Source of the DNA: Octopus sinensis
Taxonomy: Eukaryota
Reading direction: 5' to 3'
Assembly (NCBI RefSeq): GCF_006345805.1
Contig: NC_043009.1
Span: 51,150,001 to 51,214,000 of the forward strand
Length of the DNA: 64,000 nt
Part shown: positions 53,901-63,511 of the stretch, piece after piece
Layout of the letters: every line of letters starts with the position of its first letter
Numbering within the stretch: the first letter of the stretch is position 1
Position numbers and translations under genes: made by a program
The notes under the pieces: generated by a model
What the model was told of the DNA's origin: nothing
The model's database searches: none
The model's input: the letters and a program-made list of their open reading frames with translations, nothing else

Positions 53901-54450
53901 CGGTTCAAACCGGTTCAACACTGATCAAACTTGTTCAAATCGAACCAAACCGGATCAAACCGGTTGAAACCGGATCAAACCGGTCCAAAACTGATCAAAC
54001 TTGTTCAAATCGTATAAAACCGGATTGAACCGGGTCAAACCGGATCAAACCGGTCCGAAACTGATAAACCTTGTTCAAATCGTATCAAACCGGTTCAAAC
54101 CGGATCCAACTGGATCAAACCGGTTCCAACCGGTTCAAACCGGATCAAACCTATTTAAAATTGATCAAACTTGTTCAAATCGGATCTAACTGGATCAAAC
54201 CGGTTGAAACCGCATCAAACCGGTTCAAACCGGTTCACACAAATTCAAACAGGGTCAAACAGGGTCAAACCGGTTCAAAACTAATCAAACTTGTTCAAAT
54301 CGGATCAAACCGGGTGAACCCGGTTGAAACCGGTTGAAAACGGATCAAACCGGTTCAAAACTGATCAAACTTGTTTAAATCGAATCAAACCGGATCAAAC
54401 CGGTTCAAACCGGTTCAAACCGGATGAAGCCTGATCAAACCGGTTCAAAT

Positions 54451-54577
54451 ATCAGGAATGTCTGGAATATCCGGAATGTTAGAAACGTCAGGAATGTCAG
54501 GAATGTCAGGAATGTCTGTAATGTCTGGAATGTCTGGAATGTCATGAATGTCTGGAATGTCCAGAATGTGAGGAATC
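54451..54577 (-). repeat. 9-bp tandem array (AGGAATGTC/TGGAATGTC), right boundary, inverted relative to the left array
   Basis: About 14 units. Its reverse complement ends cattcctgat, the same inner end as the left array. Confidence 0.95.
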
Positions 54578-54589
54578 TCCCTCTCTAGG

Positions 54590-55110
54590 AAGTTGATTTC
54601 TATCTCCCCTTCTAACTTTTCCCACTCTCAGATCCCCCTTCCCTTCCTTCACTTCCCTCTCTCAAATACTCCTCTCAGGTATGTTGATTTCTACTTCCCC
54701 TTCCTCCCCTTCCCCCTTTCAATTCCCCCTCTCTTGGATGTTGAAGATTTCTACCTCCCTTTCACCATATAACCCTCTCATTTCCCCTCTAATGTTGAAG
54801 ATTTCTATCTTCCCTTCCTCCACTTCCTTCCGTTCTCCCTCTCAAATCCCCCTCTCTATAATGTTGAAGATTTCTACCTCCCCTTTCTCCACTTCCTTCC
54901 CTTCTCCCTCTCAAATCCCCCCTCTCTGTAATGTTGAAGATTTCTACCTCCCCTTCCTCCCCTTACTCCTCACAAATCCCCCTCTCTTTAATTTTGATTT
55001 CTACCTCCTCTTGCTCCAATTCCCCCTCTCAAATCCCACTCTCTGGAATGTTGAAGATTTCTACCTCCCCTTCCTCCCCTTTTCCGTCTCAGATCCCCCT
55101 CTATTTGTGG
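54590..55110. repeat. Pyrimidine-rich ~55-70-bp tandem repeat (ATGTTGAAGATTTCTACCTCCCC...TCAAATCCCCCTCTCT)
   Basis: Unit starts are visible at about 54681, 54738, 54792, 54861, 54931, 54991 and 55048. Confidence 0.9.
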
Positions 55111-55111
55111 C

Positions 55112-56040
55112 CTATTAGAGGGAGTCCATTGAAGGGGCTATGCCTATTTAAAGTGCCGGATTTATGAGAATTTTTGGTAGTTACTAAGCCTAGGCAATGT
55201 GCCGGATTTGAAGGATTTCTGTGGAGATGGCTAAGTCTAGCCAAAGTGCTTCATTAGAGGGAGTCCGTGGATGAGGCTGTCTTTAAAATGTGCCGGATTT
55301 GAGGGATTACTCCGGAGATGGCAGTCTAGCCAAAGTTCCGGAGTTGTGAGGGTCCGCAGAGATGGCTGTCAAGCCAACATGCGGGATTTGAGGAAGTTGT
55401 GTGAAGATGGCTGTCTCAGAACGTAAAGATGGCTGTCTAGCCAAAGTTCCAGATTTGTGGGAGTCCGTGGGTAAGGCTGTCTTAGCAAGGTGCCAGATTT
55501 GAGGGAGTTGTGTGGAGATAATTGTCTAGCCAAACTTCTGGATTTTTCGGAGTCCGTGGCTGAAGTTGCCGGGTTTGAGGGAGTTATGTGGAAATGGCTG
55601 TCTAGTCAAAGTGCCGGATTTAGGGCGTTCTCTGAAGATGGCTGTTTAACCAAAGTTCCGGATTTTTGGGAATCCGTGGATGACACCTTCTTTGGGTGCC
55701 AGATTTGAGGGAGTACTGTGGCGATGTCTCTAGTCAAACATGCGGGGTTTTGGGAGTCCGCAGAGGTGGCTGTCTAGTCAGAGTGCTGGATTTGAGTGAT
55801 TTCTGTGAAGATGGCTGTATAGCCAAACTTCCGGATTTGTGGGAGTCCGTTGATGAGGCTGTCTTAACAAGGTGCTGGATTTGAGGGACTTGGAGTTCAT
55901 GGAGGTACCTAAGTGCCGGACTAGAGGGAGTCCGTGGATGAGGCTACTTAACAATGTGCAGGATTTGAGGGAGTACTGTGGATATGGCTGTCTTGTCAAA
56001 GTTCCGGATTTGTAAGAGTCAGCGGAGGTGGATTTCTAGC
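55112..56040. repeat. ~44-bp tandem repeat (AAGTGCCGGATTTGAGGGAGT...GGCTGTCTAGCCA)
   Basis: About 21 diverged units with ccggatttg recurring at ~44-bp spacing. Confidence 0.9.
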
Positions 56041-56043
56041 TAA

Positions 56044-56504
56044 ACTGTCCCAATCGATATAAACGTATCTGTCAAGACCTTACCAAAAACTGAGCAAATA
56101 TAAAGATCTTGAAATAGAAATCAGCAAAATGTGGAAGCTGAAGACTAAAACAATACCTGTTGTCATAGGTGCCCTGGGAATGATAGCGAATGGGACTAAT
56201 TGCTACCTAACTCAGATACCAGGAAACCCCAAAATGGCAGAAATTCAAAAGATAGTGCTCATGGGAACTGCTCATATCCTACGCAAAGTACTCTCTGTGT
56301 AATCCCAAGGTTTAAAACAAACCATTTTATTTATTTATTTATTTTTTAATTTTTTAAATTTTTTTTATGTATTAGACATTCACTAGTACAACACAAAAAA
56401 AGCCCCCAAATATATGGCACAGAACTTCCAACCTGTTGTCTCTTGAGGTCTCTGGGTGAGACTTGGAGCCAACTTGTACAGACATAAAGCAAAAGTCAAC
56501 CATA

Positions 56505-56568
<64 letters not shown>

Positions 56569-56570
56569 CA
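56044..56570 (+). mobile_element. 5'-truncated non-LTR retrotransposon, Dong/R4-type, C-terminal restriction-like endonuclease region + 3'UTR + (TAA)n tail
   Basis: 56044-56079 encodes TVPIDINVSVKT. After a 1-bp insertion at ~56080, 56081-56302 encodes YQKLSKYKDLEIEISKMWKLKTKTIPVVIGALGMIANGTNCYLTQIPGNPKMAEIQKIVLMGTAHILRKVLSV*. The KYKDL, PVVIGALG and GTAHILRK motifs are typical of REL-endonuclease LINE C-termini. The element ends in (AAT)n. Confidence 0.85.
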
Positions 56571-57227
56571 TAATACATTTTTAAAATTCTTATTATTATT
56601 AAGTGGCGAGATAACAGAATTGTTAGCACCCGGGGTGAAGTGGCTGATGGGACTTAGTCCATTTTTACATACTCAGTTCAATTCCGCCGAGGTCTACTTT
56701 GCCTTTCATCCGTTAGGGGACCATAAAAGTAAGTACCAGTTGAACATTGGGTTGATGTAATAGACTTATTTATTCCCACAAACGTTGATTGCCTTCTGCA
56801 AAAATTTAAAATCACAATCATCATCATAATCATTGTTGTTCGCGCAGGCAGAATCGTTTGCACGCAGGACGAGATGCTTAGCGGTATTTCGTCTGCCATT
56901 ACGTTCTGAGTTCAAATTCCACTGAGGTCGACTTTGCCTTTCATCCTTTCGTGGTCGATTAAATAAGTACCAGTTACGCACTGGGGTCGATATAATCGAC
57001 TTAATCCGTTTGTCTGTTCTTGTTTGTCCTTTCTGTCTGTGTTTAGCCCCTTGTGGGTAGTAAAGAAATAGGTATTTCGTCTGTCACTACGTTCTGAGTT
57101 CAAATTCCGCCGATGTCGACTTTGCCTTTCATCCTTTCGGGGTCAACAAATTAAGTACCAGTTGAGTACTAGGGTCGATCTAACTAGCCCCCTTTCCAAA
57201 ATTTCAGGTCTTGTGGCTATATTATTA

Positions 57228-57282
<55 letters not shown>

Positions 57283-57410
57283 GTTATTATTATTATTATT
57301 TAACTACCACCACCACAATAAGAGCTAATATCTCCATCTTTTCCTTCCTCTCTTCCTGCTCCTGCTCTCCTGCCTTCTTCTCCACTTCTCCCCCTCTTCT
57401 CATCATCATC
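56510..57410 (+). repeat. Left arm of a ~0.9-kb inverted segmental duplication (stack of family C SINEs + microsatellites)
   Basis: Near-identical to the reverse complement of 58993-60000, including unique junctions and private SINE mutations. The ORF track shows the same peptides on opposite strands (MADEIPLSISS..., MSTRVDLTSPL...). Confidence 0.95.
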
Positions 57411-57989
57411 ATCATCATCATCATCGTCATCTTAATCACTAGAAGTAAGAAAAGAATGCCTGGCGGTATTTAGTTAAGTCCTTTTACTCTCTAATTGAAT
57501 GTGACATTTGGGTCACGTTAGGTCGATAACAGGTCGAAGAAAATAAGAATTACATATCAATATATACGACTAGTGTTTCACAATAAAGTGCATCAGAGGT
57601 ATAAGGTACTAATGAATATGTATGCGTGCGTTGTGTGCGCGTGTGTTGTATGTGTGTGTGTGTGTGTGTGTGTGCATTTGTGTATAGGCAAACAGGATAA
57701 ATAGAACTCAAAATATAAGTATATGCATATCTTTATTAATATTTAGCAGAGGCAACAGGGTGACTCAAGGTCTGGGAGTTTCGTGCGTTGGCCCTTATCA
57801 AACTATATATATGTAAAGCTAAGTTCCAAGCTTCAAAGTGTAGGAAGATAGTCAGTTTCGAGCAGTCCGTAGAAGGTATTAAAAACAACTCGTTTGAATA
57901 ATTACCACTTCCGAGCTTCTGCTAGCTATGAAACATATGTAGCCTGGATTTTATTCACTGAATTTTCTAATTTTGGAATTCTTTCGTCA

Positions 57990-58162
57990 TTCTTCCTTTT
58001 TTCCCTTGGTCTTTCCTATGTTTCTTGTTTCCGAGGAAGAGCTATGCTCGAAATGTAAAACAACCACTCTTTTCCTTCTCTGAGCGTCTTATTAATAATT
58101 TACATGTGCTACGCCAACACGTTGTTGTTTTTTGTCTTTTATTCGTCTTTTTTTTAATTAAC
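57990..58162 (+). mobile_element. Third copy of the HHR-bearing pLTR-like family, ending in (TA)n
   Basis: gtttccgaggaagagctatgctcgaaatgtaaaac...tgagcgtcttattaataat...ttaattaactatatata matches the reverse complement of the 3174/8294 family, more diverged. The start coordinate is approximate. Confidence 0.55.
58027..58061 (+). ncRNA. Minimal type I HHR motif, variant core
   Basis: GUUU CCGAGGA A GAGC-UAU-GCUC GAA AUGU A AAAC. Helices I and II are perfect; helix III is ACGU changed to AUGU (CpG decay). Confidence 0.55.
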
Positions 58163-58298
58163 TATATATATATATATATATACATATACAAACAAGCATG
58201 CATTACGCACCAAACGTCTGCATGAGAGGTTCTCTTATGGTATCTACCACAGTAAGTTGTGTTCTAACAGAACATACACCTTTATGTGGGAATGAATA

Positions 58299-58468
58299 GG
58301 GCAGGTATGGCTGTGTGGTAAGTAGCTTGCTTGCCAACCACATGGTTCCGGGTTCAGTCCCAATGTGTGAAACTTTGGGCAAGTGTCTTCTACTAAATCC
58401 TCGGCCCGACCAAGCCTTGTGAGTGGATTTGGTAGACGGAAACTGAAAAAAGCCCATCGTATATATAT

Positions 58469-58522
<54 letters not shown>

Positions 58523-58740
58523 AGCGTGCGCATGTATGTGTGTATTCGTGTGTCTGTGTTTGTCCCCCCACCATCGCTTGACAACCAATGTTGGTGTGCT
58601 TACATGCCCGTAACTTAGCAGTTCGGAAAAAGAGGGCGATAGGATAGGTACTAGGCTTACAAAGAATAAGCTCTGGGATCGATTTGCTCGACTAAAGGCG
58701 GTGCTCCAGTATCGCCGCAGTCAAATGACTGAAACAAAGA
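58299..58740 (+). mobile_element. SINE family A, full length
   Basis: Head, microsatellite and body as in the other copies. Confidence 0.92.
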
Positions 58741-58992
58741 AAGGAGAAAAGAAAACAAAAAAGAATATATATAAATATATATTGAAATCTTTTAAGGGTA
58801 GAATTTGACTGTGACCGCAAAGTTTTGACATTTTAATGCTCATTAGACTGACAGACGAAGGGAAAGTCACTGTTAGCCTTTCCCTGTAAATGTTTAATAA
58901 ACACGTATATATTTGTGACAAAAGCAAATGCGGCACCTTGTTAAGACAGCCTCATCAACGGACTCCCACAAATCCGGAACTTTAGATAGGCA

Positions 58993-59106
58993 GATGATGA
59001 GAAGAGGAGGGAGAAGTGGAGAAGAAGGCAGGAGAGCAGGAGCAGGAAGAGAGGACGGAAAAGATGGGGATATTAGCTCTTAATGTGGTGGTGGTGGTGG
59101 TAGTTA

Positions 59107-59190
<84 letters not shown>

Positions 59191-59267
59191 TAGCCACAAG
59201 ACCTGAAATTTTGGAAAGGGGGCTAGTTAGATCGACCCTAGTACTCAACTAAATAATAATAATAATA

Positions 59268-59298
<31 letters not shown>

Positions 59299-59970
59299 TA
59301 TAGCCACAAGGCCTGAAATTTTGGAAAGGGGGCCAGTTAGATCGACCCTAGTACTCAACTGGTACTTAATTTGTTGACCCCGAATGGATGAAAGGCAAAG
59401 TCGACATCGGCGGAATTTGAACTCAGAACGTAGTGACAGACGAAATACCTATTTCTTTACTACCCACAAGGCGCTAAACACAGACAGAAAGGACAAACAA
59501 GGACAGACAAACGGATTAAGTCGATTATATCGACCCCAGTGCGTAACTGGTACTTATTTAAACGACCCCGAAAGGATGAAAGGCAAAGTCGACCTCAGTG
59601 GAATTTGAACTCAGAACGTAATGGCAGACGAAATACCGCTAAGCATCTCGTCCTGCGTGCAAACGATTCTGCCTGCGCGAACAACAATGATTATGATGAT
59701 GATTGTGATTTTAAATTTTTGCAGAAGGCAATCAACGTTTGTGGGAAGGAAGAAGTCTATTACATCAACCCAATGTTCAACTGGTACTTACTTTTATGGT
59801 CCCCTAACGGATGAAAGGCAAAGTAGACCTCGGCGGAATTGAACTGAGTATGTAAAAAATGGACTAAGTCCCATCAGCCACTTCACCCCGCGTGCTAACA
59901 ATTCTGTTATCTCGCCACCTTAATAATAATAAGAATTTTTTAAATGTATTATTATTATTATTACTATTAC

Positions 59971-60000
<30 letters not shown>
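58993..60000 (-). repeat. Right arm of the inverted duplication, with an internal tandem duplication near 59190-59360
   Basis: Reverse complement of 56510-57410. The segment tagccacaag-cctgaaattttggaaagggggc-agttagatcgaccctagtactcaact occurs twice. Confidence 0.95.
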
Positions 60001-60036
<36 letters not shown>

Positions 60037-60699
60037 ATCATTATTATTATTATTATCATCATTATTATTATTAGTAGTAGTAGTAGGAGTAGTAATATGA
60101 AGAAGAAAGGAAAAAGAGGTAGAGAAGAGGGAGCAAGAGGAGGAGGAGGGGGAGGAGGGCGAATGGAGGATTTGGAGGAAGGAAAATACTGTCCAGGCAT
60201 GATTGTTCACTCAATAGAAGTAAGAAATACACAAATAAATGAATAAGGAAAGGGAAAAGGAAAGAAAGAAAAGGGCAGAAAGAAAGAAAGAAAGAAGGAA
60301 GGGAGGGGGAAAGAGGAATAGAAAGTTGTTATCTGTTTATCCGGTCAGAGATTTTGTGAAATCGGTGAGTCAGATTTGCAGCAAACAAGTAAGCGACCCA
60401 CTTAACGACCATCTCATCTCAGAATTTGGGATCGTGTCAATTAAAGGAAGACGATGCTATTGGAACATTATATTAATTAGTACTGGACTATTATGAAGCC
60501 AATATTATGGGTCAGTGCTGCAATCGCCGCTCGTTCAAGAGATCTTGGAGTGCTGCTGATTCGCATTTTATATTCATCACATTCTACAGATTTTTATGGT
60601 TGGCTGATAGGCAAAAACCTGTAAATGCCAATTCGGCTGTAATACACTCACCGTTTCTGCATATTAAAGAGGACATTTTCGAATGGATAGAACGTTCTA

Positions 60700-61000
60700 C
60701 GTATATTTATGAAAGCTATTCTTTGAATTGACTGGGATGCCTTCGATTCAACAGCTACTCCTGGTAATTGATTCTGGGTTTGTAGCCCTAGATTGTTGCG
60801 TTTCTTTCTTTTCTAATTTATGTGGAGAGCTTCTTGTTGATGACTAATGGAATTCCAACATGTCGTCTTTGTTCGGTTTGACGTTTCCTGTTATTATCTT
60901 ATAAGCATATATCATGTTTACTGTCAGACGTCTGTGTTGCTCTGAAAAGAATATCAAGCGCTTTAATGTCGGATTAATACTGTATGCTCCTTAAAAATCT
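60700..61000 (-). pseudogene. Decayed CR1/L2-type LINE ORF2 C-terminal fragment
   Basis: The minus frame from 60966 reads LKRLIFFSEQHRRLTVNMIYAYKIITGNVKPNKDDMLEFH*SSTRSSPHKLEK, resembling the CR1 pattern RL..L.L.SLE.RR...DLI..YKI..G...TR.H..KL.K. It contains in-frame stops. Confidence 0.65.
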
Positions 61001-61509
61001 GCTTAGAATTTGCAAACTGATAAGTAGAGTCACTGAAATATGCAGTATCTATTGTGAAGTTATTTAAGAATTGCTTAGAAATCCGAGGTAATAAAAGGAA
61101 ACACACGACTAGGAATAAGAGCGATTGAAAATAAATAGAAATACAACACGCGATAAGAATTTTCTAGGGAAACACACATACACACACGGAATTCAAACAA
61201 GTGTTTATCGGATTTGTTTTTAGCAAGATGGTTCAAACTGAGCAAATGGTGATGGTTGTGCTGGGTTATCTGAGTTATAAAGATCATGAAAAATCCTCTG
61301 AATAACTGAGAGGCACAGCTATTTACTGAAAGTAGCCCTATTCTTCTTTGACTTTGCTACTACATGCGCGATAACCTCCAAAATCAACGGGTTGCATTTA
61401 AAATATGTCAATATACTACTGAAATATAATGCTCTGCTTTTCCCTTCTCACTCGAAACAAATTCAAAACAAAAGCATTTCAGCATAAAATAGCTGCTGCA
61501 TCGATAAAC

Positions 61510-62052
61510 ACTAAACATTGTAATAAAAGGTTCTAAAATATGTCGTGTTAGCCCTTAAACACCATCATTTAAGGTTCGAAAAACTGGCATATTAGCCCCT
61601 AAGTATTGTCATGTAAGTCCGTAATTGCTATCATGCAAACCCCCAAGACACAGCCAAGAAAACTTTTAAACACTGTTATGTAAGCTCCTACATGCGAGAC
61701 ACATCCTACGTGCTAAACCCCTAGACGCATCCATCTAACCCTGCAAATATTGTTTATTAAGCTGCTAAACACTATAATACAAGGCTCTAAAAGTTGTCAC
61801 GTTAGCCCCTTAAAGATTGTTATATTAGCCCCAAAATAATGTCAAGTAGATTTCTAATGTGCCATCTTTTAAATCCTTGCCATGTAAAATCCTAAATATT
61901 ATGTAATTTTCTAAATACTATTAATATCATATAAAGCTCTAAGCTTGTCATGTTTGTCAATAAATATTATGTAAACCCCAAAACACAGTCATGTAAGCTC
62001 CTAAACGCTGAAATATGGCTCTGAAAATTGACATCTTAGTCCATAAACATTG
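61510..62052. repeat. Highly diverged ~22-bp minisatellite (consensus about ATGTAAGCCCCTAAACACTGTC)
   Basis: Recurring atgtaagc/ttagcccc/ctaaac/tgtc motifs at roughly 21-23-bp spacing. Confidence 0.75.
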
Positions 62053-62070
62053 TTGCTGTTGTTGTTGTTG

Positions 62071-62111
<41 letters not shown>

Positions 62112-62215
62112 TGTGTGTGTGTGTGTGTACATGAAAATATCTTTAATATTAATATCCAGCAAGAATAAAGCACCATATAGGTAGAATTATAAATATATAA
62201 ATCTGGTGTACATAT

Positions 62216-62645
62216 AGTACGAGCATTGCTAGAAATAGCAGCCGGTAAGTTTACGGTGCTATGTAAAGCTTCATAGGCGGAGATGTGTGAGGCAGGTAAA
62301 TATAGGAAAATTCTGTCTTATCTCTACCGTTAGAGGAATAAAGGATAACTCAATACTGCAGTTTCAAACTGCAGTTCCAAACTCGCGTGGGCGCCAATCT
62401 GACTGGTTATCGTCTGTTGAGTCTACCATAGACGATAACTAATCAAATATGTGCTGATGCACGTGATCTGAAGAGTTTGAAACCTCAGTATTGAGTTATC
62501 CTTTATTTTTCTTATGGTCTCCGCAGAGGTAAGACAGAATTCTCCTATATTCACCACCCGCACACATCTCTGCCTGTAAATATTCAGTGAACATTTACAT
62601 AGCACCGTACCCTTACCGGCTGCTATTTCTAGCAATGATCATACT
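62216..62645. mobile_element. Almost fully palindromic MITE-like / foldback element
   Basis: The left arm cattgctagaaatagcagccggtaag..tacggtgctatgtaaa...aataaaggataactcaatactg..gtttcaaact matches the reverse complement of 62475-62638. There is a central hairpin gttatcgtct/agacgataac and possible TA flanks at 62218-62219 and 62642-62643. Confidence 0.8.
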
Positions 62646-62663
62646 TCGTGTACACCTACTTTA

Positions 62664-62733
<70 letters not shown>

Positions 62734-62740
62734 GTATATA

Positions 62741-62788
<48 letters not shown>

Positions 62789-62935
62789 TATTATATATAT
62801 ATATATATGTATATATATGTATGTATATATGTATGTATATATATGTATATATATATGTATGTATATATACTTAAAAGTTTTCAGAATGAGATAAGAATCC
62901 AAGGGTGTGAAAGATTTTAGAACATTTATAAATAG

Positions 62936-62983
62936 GTCTTACAGTTGTTTCCGGGATATTTTATATATCCCTTCATCGGAGAC
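62936..62983 (-). ncRNA. Type I HHR motif, variant core, separate element family
   Basis: Minus strand reads GUCU CCGAUGA A GGGAUAU-AUAAA-AUAUCCC G GAA AC-AACU-GU A AGAC. Helix I is 4 bp, helix II is 7 bp, and the triplet is GUA. A (TA)n tract lies ~70 nt downstream. Confidence 0.65.
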
Positions 62984-63280
62984 GGTGTGAGAGGATGATT
63001 AAGCAATAGTTATTTTAGATGAGATATGAAACAGAGATTGAAGTGGAAGAATGAAAATAGACGTGAAATATGCAGGGATACTGCATCTGTAGATCCATTA
63101 TTTAGGCAGAATGGTATACGTATAAGATTCCAACACCTTGTGAGTAAGTTCCAATTGTATTTAAAATTGGTCATTCCAAGTATAGAGTTTGTGCACAGTG
63201 TTATTGAATCGAGGGTTTTATTTAAAGGGTCTTATTGACACCATTACCTCTCATAACCCCGCTCTCTCTCTCTCTCTCTC

Positions 63281-63332
<52 letters not shown>

Positions 63333-63370
63333 TATATTTGAGTGTGTGTGTGTGTGTGTTTGTGAGAGAC

Positions 63371-63511
63371 CACTTCACATAGTTTCCGTCTGTCAAATTC
63401 ACTCTCAAGGCTATTGTGGAAGATACTTCTCATAGGGCTGTGCAGTGGGAATGAACCTGTAACCATGTGGTTTCGAAGCGGGTTTCTTAATCACCCAGCC
63501 ATGTCTGCGCC
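63371..63511 (-). mobile_element. Diverged SINE family A head
   Basis: agtttccgtctgtcaaattcactctcaaggct...aaccatgtgg...cagccatgtctgcgcc. Confidence 0.75.

Larger units (their letters stand above)
18715..54450 (+). repeat. ~35.7-kb satellite of 10-bp monomers (CCGGTTCAAA / CCGGATCAAA and variants) with 50-80-bp and kb-scale higher-order repeats
   Basis: The typical second-tier unit is cttgttcaaa tcgaaccaaa ccggatcaaa ccggttcaaa ccgattcaaa ccggatcaaa ccggttcaaa actgatcaaa. The edges are more diverged than the centre. Confidence 0.98.

Noticed and set aside
18463-54337. Hundreds of ORFs such as TGSNRFKPDQ... (up to 299 aa), suggesting a giant repetitive protein
   Set aside because: They are translations of the 10-bp satellite in all frames. 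The recurring actga unit gives regular stops, most starts are TTG, and indels ignore the reading frame.
18715-54450. Telomeric repeat array
   Set aside because: There is no TTAGGG-type unit, and ordinary interspersed repeats flank the array on both sides.
17782-56040. CRISPR-like regular repeats
   Set aside because: There are no unique spacers and no cas genes; the context is eukaryotic tandem satellite.
57905-57945. gaaacatatgta resembling helix III of the 17-kb ribozyme
   Set aside because: There is no recognisable CUGAnGA-like core or helix I upstream; it may be a decayed tandem HHR but cannot be supported.
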